Below, piece by piece: positions 38,289 through 46,386 of a DNA stretch of 46,386 bases (position 1 is its first letter; every line of letters begins with the position of its first letter). The notes below the pieces were generated by a model, which worked only from the letters and a program-made list of their open reading frames with translations, did no database searches and was not told the DNA's origin. The stretch is from the IMG/VR virus record IMGVR_UViG_3300033056_000008, positions 1 to 46,386 of that record; one strand, written 5' to 3'. Both the position numbers and the translations under genes were made by a program. The stretch is from a virus.

Positions 38289-38873
38289 ATGAGAATGCAA
38301 ACTTTAGAAAAAAAGACTGATGACTGGGAGCAACGTGCTAATAAAGTACTCTCACATTTTAATTATCAAAATGCAGATGAAATTGATTTATATAACATTT
38401 GCTGGAGATATGGTATTGTCATTAAGCCTTTAGATCAGAATTACTTCACAGACACCGAAGCATATACCTCTAATAATAATTTAAAATCATATTCAATTCC
38501 AAGTAATAAAGCTCGTCGAGGAACCATTTATATTGTTCCTAATTTAGATCCTATAGAAAAAAGAATATTGTTAGCAGAGGAATTCTGTCATATATATTCC
38601 CATTATTCTTCTCAACTTAGTATTGATAAGCTAACACTAAACAAACAGGAAAGCCAAGCAAAACGGATGGCTGCATATTTGCTAATGCCACATCGCTTTT
38701 TAAAAGAAATATATACAGCTGCTATAAGTGAACCTATTCTGATTAGTGATATATCAGACCATTTTCTAGTTACAGAAGAATTTGCACACTACCGTCTAGA
38801 ATTAATTTATAAACACAAAATTGATGGTTTTATACAGCTGAGGGAGCAATTGTGGAGTTTAGAAATCTTATAA
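38289..38873 (+). CDS. ImmA/IrrE-family metallopeptidase-like anti-repressor (variant motif EEFCH)
   Basis: RILLAEEFCHIYSH...QESQAKRMAAYLLMP...FLVTEEFAHYRL; adjacent to the repressor. Confidence 0.8.
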   Translation: MRMQTLEKKTDDWEQRANKVLSHFNYQNADEIDLYNICWRYGIVIKPLDQNYFTDTEAYTSNNNLKSYSIPSNKARRGTIYIVPNLDPIEKRILLAEEFCHIYSHYSSQLSIDKLTLNKQESQAKRMAAYLLMPHRFLKEIYTAAISEPILISDISDHFLVTEEFAHYRLELIYKHKIDGFIQLREQLWSLEIL

Positions 38874-38947
38874 TAGATTCAATTAATCTCATTTACTGTT
38901 TTTTACCAGTGAGTGAGTTTAATATAAATTTTTTAGGAGGAGTCTAA

Positions 38948-39871
38948 ATGCAACAGACCAATTTTACTATTGAAGATGCAAGTGAAATATTAAAATCTTC
39001 CAAACACACTGTTGATGATTTACAGTATCTTGATAAAGGTGGTCAAAAAACGGTATTTACTTGCAAAATAAATACTAATATATATGCTTTAAAATTTATT
39101 GATGTTACAAAAATGTCAGATGCAGATTCAAATAATGATGAAAGTGATTCACAGAATACAGATAATACTGTAGTTTCAAGGGCTAAAAGAGAAATTGAAA
39201 TTATGGAAAAAGTTAATACACCACATCTAGTAAAACTTGGACCAATAGGCTTGAATTTAATTGAGCATAAAAACAGAAAAATAATTTATTTTTCTGAAGA
39301 GTATATAGACGGTACTGACTTATCAAAAATACTAAAATCTTCAAATGGTCTTAATTTTAAGCAAACAGTCGACTTAGGTATTGATATTACCACTGCAATT
39401 CAACACTTAGCGAATATTAATATGGTACATAGAGATATCAAACCCCAAAATATAATGATAAATAGTAATGGACAATTTGTTTTACTAGACACTGGAATAG
39501 CATTTGATATGCAAGGAGAAACATTGACAGCTGCTTTCCACTTAGTTGGAACTAAAATATATATATCTCCAGAACAATTAATTGGTGTAAGAAAAGACCT
39601 TGATTTTAGATCTGATTTATTCTTATTAGGTATTGTGATGTATGAAGCAGTTACTGGTACTCACCCATTTTATAGTTCAGGTGAGCATACACTACAAATT
39701 TTTTCTAATATTACTACCAGATCACCTGAATCTCCTAGAAATATTATATTAGATACCCCTAAAAAACTTGAACGAATAATTATGCGACTTTTAGCGAAAG
39801 AACCACATTTAAGATATAAGTCATGTGAACAGTTATTAAAACAGTTGAACCAAGTAAGGGAGGAATTATAA
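38948..39871 (+). CDS. Hanks-type Ser/Thr protein kinase, kinase domain only
   Basis: KGGQKTVF, YALK, REIE, HRDIKPQN, LLDTGIA, GTKIYISPEQ, SDLFLLG; AGGAGG RBS. Confidence 0.93.
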   Translation: MQQTNFTIEDASEILKSSKHTVDDLQYLDKGGQKTVFTCKINTNIYALKFIDVTKMSDADSNNDESDSQNTDNTVVSRAKREIEIMEKVNTPHLVKLGPIGLNLIEHKNRKIIYFSEEYIDGTDLSKILKSSNGLNFKQTVDLGIDITTAIQHLANINMVHRDIKPQNIMINSNGQFVLLDTGIAFDMQGETLTAAFHLVGTKIYISPEQLIGVRKDLDFRSDLFLLGIVMYEAVTGTHPFYSSGEHTLQIFSNITTRSPESPRNIILDTPKKLERIIMRLLAKEPHLRYKSCEQLLKQLNQVREEL

Positions 39872-41079
39872 TGAATGTTTATGCTCAACAGGGATACGGT
39901 AAAGGGGATAAAATACATCAGGGGTTAGAAAATAATTATTTAGACGGTATAATTTTATCTCCTCGTGATGAAAAGAAAGAAAAAATGGAAGCATTTATTA
40001 AAGAAGTACAACTGAAATATCCAGAAACAGATATTTTGTTTGATCCTCAATTCTACTATTCAATGTATATTGATGGAACAAGTAAAAATTTAGACAACTG
40101 CACCTATTATCCTGGAGTAATAAAACTATCAGATTTAAGATCATTTAAAAATGTATCAGAATATGCAAGGAAAACTATAGAACATCAAGAAAACTTAGGA
40201 TTGAATACAGTTGTATCTCCTAATATTCTTATTCCTAACTTTGGCGATAGACAGGCTCAAATAGCATTGAATTTGGCAGAAGAATCTGCAAACATAGCTA
40301 GTGAAAAAGGATTAAAAATATTTATCTCTCTTATCTTTAGTGAAAGCGCCTTAAATGAATCAAGAAATGTAAATGATTATTTAAATGAACTAACAACACT
40401 TGATGTTGAAGGCTTTTACATCACTATTGATAGAAAAAATACCGATTACAACCAGAAGTTCGATTCAGAAACAACCCTATTAAACTTACTAACCTTTATT
40501 TATTCATTATCTGAAATTAATGAATATAAAGTAATTATGGGTTACTCTGATATTTTAGGGGTTCTTTACACCGCAGTTGGCGCACAAGGATTTGCTACAG
40601 GTTGGTATAATAGTTCGAGAAAATTCACTGTACAACAAAGGATATTGCCTAGTAATGGTGGCAGAATGCCCCGTGAACGATATACTTCTATCCCCCTATT
40701 AAATTCTATCTTGATTTCTGAGTTAGATTCAATCGCTAAGCAATATAAAAACAATAGTTTAGACCTTAACATTCTTTTAAGTAATTCAATTTATGAACAT
40801 ATTGTTCAAGCTGGCTCGAATCCTTCCGAAACCTGGTCAAGAGGAATAAGTCATTTACAACATTGGTCAGCTTTAAAAAATGCCACCAACGATATATTTA
40901 CTAATCCTGATGACATTTCTGATAGGCTAGACGACTTAGAAAAACATATTGCTACAGCAATTGGTCATTATAAATTACTTGAAAATTTACCATTACAATT
41001 AGAAAGGGCTTCTAATGGAGATCATTTGATAACATGGCAAAAAGTACTCGAGTCTTTTCGTAAATTACACAACGTTTAA
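39871..41079 (+). CDS. Uncharacterised 402-aa alpha/beta protein (possibly Beta-protein-like)
   Basis: TAATG coupling to the kinase; GIILSP, LFDPQFY, GFATGWY motifs; family call is inference. Confidence 0.6.
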   Translation: MNVYAQQGYGKGDKIHQGLENNYLDGIILSPRDEKKEKMEAFIKEVQLKYPETDILFDPQFYYSMYIDGTSKNLDNCTYYPGVIKLSDLRSFKNVSEYARKTIEHQENLGLNTVVSPNILIPNFGDRQAQIALNLAEESANIASEKGLKIFISLIFSESALNESRNVNDYLNELTTLDVEGFYITIDRKNTDYNQKFDSETTLLNLLTFIYSLSEINEYKVIMGYSDILGVLYTAVGAQGFATGWYNSSRKFTVQQRILPSNGGRMPRERYTSIPLLNSILISELDSIAKQYKNNSLDLNILLSNSIYEHIVQAGSNPSETWSRGISHLQHWSALKNATNDIFTNPDDISDRLDDLEKHIATAIGHYKLLENLPLQLERASNGDHLITWQKVLESFRKLHNV

Positions 41080-41790
41080 AAATTCCTTCATAAATTTTCC
41101 TATACCAACTAAGTAGAAAGCCTTCCTATTTGGTTGGTTTTTTTTTGCTCTTACATAATATTTTTTTACTCCCTTTTCATCAATACTCAAAAGTCCAATT
41201 CCATTTGATTCAAAATAACGTATATTTTCTACTGCAGGTTTTATATATTTTTCAGGCATAACTACCCAACTGTAATGAGCAAATCCGTAATATTGTGTAG
41301 ATTGGTATAGTGCTCTTTTCCAATTATGTAACTTTGCTTCAAAGGCATTAAACTCAATCTTGGGTAGTACAAAATCCTTAGATAATATATAAGATTTTTT
41401 TTCAGTTTGACTTACAATTCCAGAGTTTATTAGTAACCTAATTGACTTTTTTATTGTCTGTTCTGCCAGGAGTAATCTGGATTTAATATATTTGAACGTT
41501 CTTGGAGAATTATAATGCAAAAGAGAGAGAACTTGTGCATTTGTTAAGTTAGAAATACATTCAGCTTGATCAAAAGTCATCTTAAATTCACCAGTTATCT
41601 TTGCTGTTACTATATCTGCTCTCCCTTGCCAACAATCTACTTCTCTTAAGATAATTTCTCCTTTCTTATTATACTCATTCAACAAATATCTCTCATGATA
41701 GAATGAAACCAAACTATCCTCAATTGTAGTTATAGTATCTAAATATGGACTCGTATTATTTTGTTTTTTATCCAAAAGTTCTTCAATCAT
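41065..41790 (-). CDS. PD-(D/E)XK nuclease-fold protein with inserted winged-HTH
   Basis: REV...RADIV...[wHTH: EQTIKKSIRLLINSGIV]...AFEAKLHNWKRALYQSTQY...GIGLLSI; AGGAGG RBS. Confidence 0.75.
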   Translation of the reverse strand: MIEELLDKKQNNTSPYLDTITTIEDSLVSFYHERYLLNEYNKKGEIILREVDCWQGRADIVTAKITGEFKMTFDQAECISNLTNAQVLSLLHYNSPRTFKYIKSRLLLAEQTIKKSIRLLINSGIVSQTEKKSYILSKDFVLPKIEFNAFEAKLHNWKRALYQSTQYYGFAHYSWVVMPEKYIKPAVENIRYFESNGIGLLSIDEKGVKKYYVRAKKNQPNRKAFYLVGIGKFMKEFLNVV

Positions 41791-41932
41791 TTTATTTATT
41801 CCTCCTGAATAAACATTTTATCATAAAATATACCGGATTAATTATAAATATTCTTTCCAACAGATGTATTAATAAATACCTATCTATAAGTTATTATTGA
41901 CAAGTTTATTTTATTCGATTATCAAATTAAAA

Positions 41933-41946
41933 CAAACATATGTTCG
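41933..41946. promoter_or_regulatory. Possible LexA/DinR (Cheo) box upstream of the integrase
   Basis: CAAACATATGTTCG, one mismatch to GAAC-N4-GTTC, just upstream of TATAAT at 41957-41962. Confidence 0.5.
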
Positions 41947-42038
41947 GTATTTATATTATAATTAAATTAAGTACCTAAAGACAAGTTTATATGTTCCATT
42001 TGTTTTTATACTATTAATAATAAAAAGGGTGAATATAC

Positions 42039-43226
42039 ATGGCTAGTTTTAAAAGAATATCCCCCGGTAATTGGTCATTTCGCTATAAATATAAAGATAA
42101 AATCACAGGCGAACAACGGGAAGTTAAAAGAAGAGGATTTCAATCAAAAGCATTAGCAGAAAAGGAATACGAACACTTAAAGAGAAACATACAATTAGGG
42201 TTCGACACAGCTCCTAACGAAACACTTGCGGAGTTTCTGGAGTATTGGATAAAAGAGTACAAAGAAGGAAAAATCGCTAAAAACACTTATAGATTACACG
42301 AGCGTAATATTAAAAATCACATTGTACCCTACTTCAAGAGTATTCAACTAAATGATTTGAGCTATAAATTATATCAACAGTTTATTAACCACTTAATTGA
42401 ACTGAAGTATAGCAAAAGAACAGTTGAAATTATACATGGCACAATGTACGGTGCAATGCAGAAAGCAAAGATATTAAAGAAAATCCATGACAATCCTTGC
42501 ACAGATGTTTCCATCTACTCTGCAAAGGAAAAAAGAGAAAAGGAAAATAAAGCAATAATAAAATTTATTCCATATGAAAAAATTGAAGCATTTTTAGAAG
42601 CTGCACTTTCTGATAATTATACTTACTATATTTTCTTTCGTTTCTTAATTGAAACAGGTGTACGAAAAGGAGAAGCACTTGCCTTACAGTGGAGTAATGT
42701 TGATCTTACCTCTAATCGTATACGTATAGTCCAGTCTTTAGATTATGAAGCAGATTCAGAAGAGGAATTATTCAGCGATACAAAGACTTATCACTCTGTA
42801 AGAGAGATTCCTATAACTAATCGTTTGGCAATGGATCTTCGTTCACATAAGGTAAGACAGAACGATAATATCTTTAGATTAAAACAAGCATATAAAAATG
42901 AATTAGATCTAGTTTTTTGTAGAGAGAATGGAACACCATTACCAAAGTCCACTTTGTTTAATGCATTTCGTAGAATTCTTAAAAAGGCCGACCTCCCTGC
43001 TCTCAGTATACATACGCTACGTCATACACATGCAGTACTTCTTTTGGAATCAAATGTAGAAATGAAATATATCCAAGAAACATTAGGGCATGGATCTATG
43101 CAGATAACTTCTGATATTTACACTCATGTAAGTAAAAAGATTGAAACAGATGCTATAGAACGTTTTGAAAAACACACGAAAAATATTATTTTGGGGGCAG
43201 AATTGGGGCACAAATCAAATGGATAA
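42039..43226 (+). CDS. int: Tyrosine integrase with N-terminal arm-binding domain
   Basis: KRRGFQSKALA, TGVRKGEALALQW, IHTLRHTHA, LGH, DIYTHV. Confidence 0.95.
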   Translation: MASFKRISPGNWSFRYKYKDKITGEQREVKRRGFQSKALAEKEYEHLKRNIQLGFDTAPNETLAEFLEYWIKEYKEGKIAKNTYRLHERNIKNHIVPYFKSIQLNDLSYKLYQQFINHLIELKYSKRTVEIIHGTMYGAMQKAKILKKIHDNPCTDVSIYSAKEKREKENKAIIKFIPYEKIEAFLEAALSDNYTYYIFFRFLIETGVRKGEALALQWSNVDLTSNRIRIVQSLDYEADSEEELFSDTKTYHSVREIPITNRLAMDLRSHKVRQNDNIFRLKQAYKNELDLVFCRENGTPLPKSTLFNAFRRILKKADLPALSIHTLRHTHAVLLLESNVEMKYIQETLGHGSMQITSDIYTHVSKKIETDAIERFEKHTKNIILGAELGHKSNG

Positions 43227-43250
43227 CTCTTCATAGAATAGTTGCCCCCA
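43192..43250. repeat. Putative integrase arm-type sites of the left prophage
   Basis: TGGGGGCA 43192-43199, TTGGGGCA 43203-43210, inverted TTGCCCCCA 43242-43250. Confidence 0.55.
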
Positions 43251-43251
43251 T

Positions 43252-43286
43252 AAAAAAAGCCCTGACACCAACAGTGTCAAGGCTTC
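43252..43286 (-). terminator. Hairpin/terminator downstream of the glnA 3' end
   Basis: AAGCCCTGACAC-CAACA-GTGTCAAGGCTT with an adjacent A-run. Confidence 0.6.
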
Positions 43287-43292
43287 TACCTC

Positions 43293-43348
43293 TTAATACA
43301 TTTCCATGTATTGATCTCTTTCCCATGGATGCACTTGTGTGCGGAACA
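43293..43348 (-). other. glnA: att core: duplicated 3' end of glutamine synthetase glnA
   Basis: Translates as FRTQVHPWERDQYMEMY*, the Bacillus GlnA C-terminus; no glnA-like sequence upstream of it. Confidence 0.88.
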
Positions 43349-43450
43349 AGTTTTAACTATTTTTATAAGACTTTATAGCCTTATATATAAAGGTTTTAAC
43401 CATTTTCCCTTTATAAATATGTATGTATAATATGTAGAAAATATGATGAA

Positions 43451-43493
43451 GTTGGTCAGTCGGTGGTCAAAAATTACCCCTCTTGGTGGTCAA
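43451..43493. repeat. Putative arm-type sites of the second element
   Basis: TGGTCA direct repeats at 43453, 43464 and 43487 (GGTGGTCAA twice). Confidence 0.55.
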
Positions 43494-43531
43494 CAAAATC
43501 CATAGAAAAACTCCTAAAAAAGGAGTCGTTT

Positions 43532-43792
43532 TTAATGTTCATCTAGCCATATTAATAAAAATTCTTTAGTCTTTTCTGCTGGGTAATACCACTTTCCACC
43601 AACCTTTCGTTTAGGAAATCTTGGATCATAAAAGAACTCTTTTTGTATCGAACTAAGTGACATACAAGTTCTTCTACATAGCTCTTTTGTATCCCAAAAG
43701 ACCAACTCAGAGTCAACCTTATCAATGTGCTTTTTTAATTCCTCTAAGTATAATTTTCTTACCTCTTTATCGTCTAATTTTACTTCGAGCAT
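43532..43792 (-). CDS. Putative excisionase/RDF of the second element
   Basis: 51/86 identical (hand count) to 36462-36722; adjacent to att. Confidence 0.62.
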   Translation of the reverse strand: MLEVKLDDKEVRKLYLEELKKHIDKVDSELVFWDTKELCRRTCMSLSSIQKEFFYDPRFPKRKVGGKWYYPAEKTKEFLLIWLDEH

Positions 43793-43846
43793 AAACGATT
43801 CCCTCCCTTATCATTATTTTATGTACAAGTCAGATTGTCCTATTAC

Positions 43847-44419
43847 CTATTTAGGATTGTATTTGTTACATTCCAATTCATTATTAATCTCTCCTTGAAT
43901 ACGTCCTTCTTTCGCCTTCTTAAGGATTGAACAATTCCTTGAATACCTATTACAACTCATACAGTTTGTTTCAAAGTTATGCAATCTTTCTTCATCATCA
44001 AATATTCCTATGTACTCAACTGGTCTTAGTGAAACTTCAACCCTAGGATTCTCTGTATCAATTAATATCTTTTGTGTACGTGTAAGTATCCTGGAATCAT
44101 TGTCATATACGATTTTCTCTAAGCTATCGTTAAGCAACTTATATATATTATTGTCGTCTCTTCCTAATCGGTTCATATATATGTAAGTATCTAAATACAG
44201 GTATCGTTCTTTAGTTAATTCATAATCCCACTGTTGAGATTTCATTTGCTGTCTTGCTGCTTTAATTATATTATTTTTTACTTTCTTGCCTTCTGAACTC
44301 ATTATTCTCTTGCCTGTAGGAATCCTTGATCCAGTATTAGGATTATATGAAGACTGATTTATATAAAGTTTGTTTATGGAAACTGGCAAAGGAAGAGTTA
44401 GTTTAAGTATGTTAACCAA
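43847..44419 (-). CDS. RusA-like Holliday junction resolvase
   Basis: LPLPVSINKLY, RDDNNIYKLLNDSL, YDNDSRI, NPRVEV. Confidence 0.8.
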   Translation of the reverse strand: MVNILKLTLPLPVSINKLYINQSSYNPNTGSRIPTGKRIMSSEGKKVKNNIIKAARQQMKSQQWDYELTKERYLYLDTYIYMNRLGRDDNNIYKLLNDSLEKIVYDNDSRILTRTQKILIDTENPRVEVSLRPVEYIGIFDDEERLHNFETNCMSCNRYSRNCSILKKAKEGRIQGEINNELECNKYNPK

Positions 44420-44443
44420 TCAATCACCACCACTTCAATTAAT

Positions 44444-44944
44444 TTATTTTCTTTTATATGTAATAAACCAATAATCGAATTCATTATTTTCATCTGCAGG
44501 ATGCTTTTCATAACCCACTGATTCCCATTCATCCATATCGAACTCTGGAAAAATTGAATCAACCTTATCAAACTTATGATCAATTACTGTTATGTACATC
44601 TTATCAACGTATGGAATCGCTTGTTTATAGACATCGCTACCTCCACAGATGAATAGTTCCTGCTCGTTGTTGTTTAGTTTATATTCCTTTATTACGTCCT
44701 CTAAGGAATGTCTTACGAACCCACCTGGAGCAACTTTGTATTTCTTATTTCGGCTTAGAATTATATTGTGACGTTTAGGGAGTAGCCTACCTATACTTTC
44801 GTATGTTCTAGAACCCATCAATACGTAGTTATTCAATGTTAACCTTTTAAATCGTTTTAAGTCTTCAGATTGATGAGCTAGGAGGTTATTCTGAAAGCCT
44901 ATAGCTCCTGCTCTGTCGTGACACACTATGAGATTAATACTCAA
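44444..44944 (-). CDS. dfrA: Dihydrofolate reductase
   Basis: IGFQNNL, DLKRFKRLT, MGSRTYESIGRLLPKRHNIILSR, ICGGSDVY. Confidence 0.93.
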   Translation of the reverse strand: MSINLIVCHDRAGAIGFQNNLLAHQSEDLKRFKRLTLNNYVLMGSRTYESIGRLLPKRHNIILSRNKKYKVAPGGFVRHSLEDVIKEYKLNNNEQELFICGGSDVYKQAIPYVDKMYITVIDHKFDKVDSIFPEFDMDEWESVGYEKHPADENNEFDYWFITYKRK

Positions 44945-45861
44945 ATTGCTACCTCCAAAGGTACTTTATCTCCATGTTTATAATTAGTTACTTTAACATC
45001 GTTTATTGTAAAGTCGTAAAAGCTTTTGACATCTGGATTAATCCATACATCAGGCGCATCATATGTATCTCTTTTAATCATTTCTGTAAGTGGTTCAATA
45101 TGTCTGTCGTAGACATGAAAATTGTCAATATTGAAGCAGATCGTACCAACTTTATGTCCTGTAACTTGGGCTATTAATCTGTGTAAGATGGAATACTGGT
45201 AAATATTATAACTGTTCCCTAATCCAGCGTCATTGCTACGGATGTTTACAGTGAGATGGAGTCTACCTCCCCATAACTGCCAATGTGTCTCATATACACA
45301 TGGTTCTAGAGCCATATCATCCAAGTCTTCCACACACCATAATGTAGTCTTAATTCTACGTGAATATGGATTGGTTTTCAGTGTATATATTAGAAAATTA
45401 ACTTGGTCTAAATAAACAACTTCAGCATGTTTACCTGGATGGTCTTTCCATTCAACTTTTAACTCACCATTGTCTATCATCTCTAATAGCTCAGGGGTTT
45501 TCTTTACCATTCTTTTCTTATTAGCTAGCTGCCATCCATATGCATTTCCGATTGTGTTATCGTCCAACTCCCATTCATTCCAGACTCCACATCCCATTTC
45601 TCTTAATTGAGGAACAAAGTTTGATTTATCTCTCCATATCCAAAACATTTCATTTATCGGATCTTTTGTAGGAACTCGCTTCTGTGTTAACAAAGGTATT
45701 TCTGAACCATTATCAAAAATCATCTGTTTGTTTAATATTGCCTTAGTGTAAGCCAACTCTCCGTCATCCCATTTTGTTCTTACAGGTGCGTTTGTGTCCC
45801 ACTCTCCACTATTTATAACTTCTTCAATTAATTCAATATATCTCTCATCTGCTTTACTCAT
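44941..45861 (-). CDS. thyA: Thymidylate synthase (B. subtilis ThyA/phage type)
   Basis: IGNAYGWQ, NPYSRR, MALEPCVYETHW, RSNDAGLG, HVYDRH. Confidence 0.95.
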   Translation of the reverse strand: MSKADERYIELIEEVINSGEWDTNAPVRTKWDDGELAYTKAILNKQMIFDNGSEIPLLTQKRVPTKDPINEMFWIWRDKSNFVPQLREMGCGVWNEWELDDNTIGNAYGWQLANKKRMVKKTPELLEMIDNGELKVEWKDHPGKHAEVVYLDQVNFLIYTLKTNPYSRRIKTTLWCVEDLDDMALEPCVYETHWQLWGGRLHLTVNIRSNDAGLGNSYNIYQYSILHRLIAQVTGHKVGTICFNIDNFHVYDRHIEPLTEMIKRDTYDAPDVWINPDVKSFYDFTINDVKVTNYKHGDKVPLEVAI

Positions 45862-45919
45862 CGATTACCTCACTCATATGTATTTAATTAAGAAGGAGGA
45901 ATGTATCCTCCTTAAATTA

Positions 45920-46386
45920 TTATTTGGACTGTCTCTCAATCTCTTTAATTAAACGTGGTTCTGGCGCGAAGTCTTCCTCCCAGTTTGGCGGCTTAATAAT
46001 TTTACCATCCTCTTCTCTAAACCTAGGTCTGCCGTCCTCAAAAAGCTTACCCATGTTAGCTTCCTGTACAATTTTAAATAGATTAAATGGTTCTACACCA
46101 GCAATAGTAAAGCTGCCTTGATTAAAGTATTCTACATCAATCAGAGCGTCCATTTGAGCAACTAAGACATCATCTACTGGTTTCTTCTCAGTTTTAATTT
46201 TATCTGCAGCTTTGTCTAATCCTTGTTTGAATGAATCGTACAGAACTTCAAACTTCTCTATGTCTCCACCTACTGTTCCATAAAGGAATTCGACTAACTC
46301 TTCTCCTGTCCATACTGCACGATTTAAAGCTGTTTCCTCGTTAATTACTGTTGGTTTATCAGCCATTTTATGACCGAATGCATTGT
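45920..46386 (-). CDS. MazG-like nucleotide pyrophosphohydrolase, 5' end beyond the window
   Basis: EELVEF, QMDALIDVEYFNQG, VQEANMGK, REEDGKIIKP; frame stays open (NAFGHK) to the window edge. Confidence 0.75.
   Translation of the reverse strand, partial: NAFGHKMADKPTVINEETALNRAVWTGEELVEFLYGTVGGDIEKFEVLYDSFKQGLDKAADKIKTEKKPVDDVLVAQMDALIDVEYFNQGSFTIAGVEPFNLFKIVQEANMGKLFEDGRPRFREEDGKIIKPPNWEEDFAPEPRLIKEIERQSK

Larger units (their letters stand above)
1..43348. mobile_element. Temperate prophage (lambda-like head, P2-like contractile tail, PBSX-like regulation) integrated at the 3' end of glnA; left boundary not seen
   Basis: Complete ordered modules: integrase, immunity, replication, late control, packaging, head, tail, lysis. 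glnA 3' duplication at 43293-43348 next to the integrase. No second copy of the core was noticed in 1-4100. Confidence 0.93.
43293..46386. mobile_element. End of a second integrated element, probably a large temperate (SPbeta-like) phage
   Basis: xis-like gene beside the att core, then RusA-like, DHFR, thyA and MazG-like genes instead of host glnA. Confidence 0.7.

Noticed and set aside
43847-46386. thyA/dfrA as host chromosome marking the prophage end
   Set aside because: They lie with RusA-like, MazG-like and xis-like genes, and the body of glnA is missing where host sequence would be expected. A second mobile element fits better.

Overview
The window is AT-rich Bacillaceae-type DNA, almost all of it one temperate prophage (about 1-43348, mostly on the - strand). 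It combines a PBSX-like regulatory and early module (Xre-like repressor with five 15-bp operators, ImmA/IrrE-like protein, XtrA, Xpf-like sigma factor), a lambda-like head and packaging module (GpA terminase, lambda-type portal, ClpP-like protease, gpD/gpE, cosQ-like site), a P2-like contractile tail, and a two-holin/amidase lysis cassette. Its tyrosine integrase abuts a duplicated 3' end of glnA (att core). Beyond that core lies the end of a second, different element (xis-like gene, RusA-like, DHFR, thyA, MazG-like). Three accessory cassettes look like anti-phage cargo: (1) a GIY-YIG nuclease / DGQHR(DndB-like) / dGTPase operon after the lysin; (2) a lone UG/Abi (DRT-type) reverse transcriptase inserted antisense in the early operon; (3) a Ser/Thr kinase plus a 402-aa protein facing a convergent PD-(D/E)XK-wHTH protein next to the integrase, which resembles the P4 gop-beta-cII layout with a kinase in place of Gop. 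Cassettes 1 and 3 are the best candidates for an undescribed system. All family assignments come from motif recognition by eye; no searches were run.
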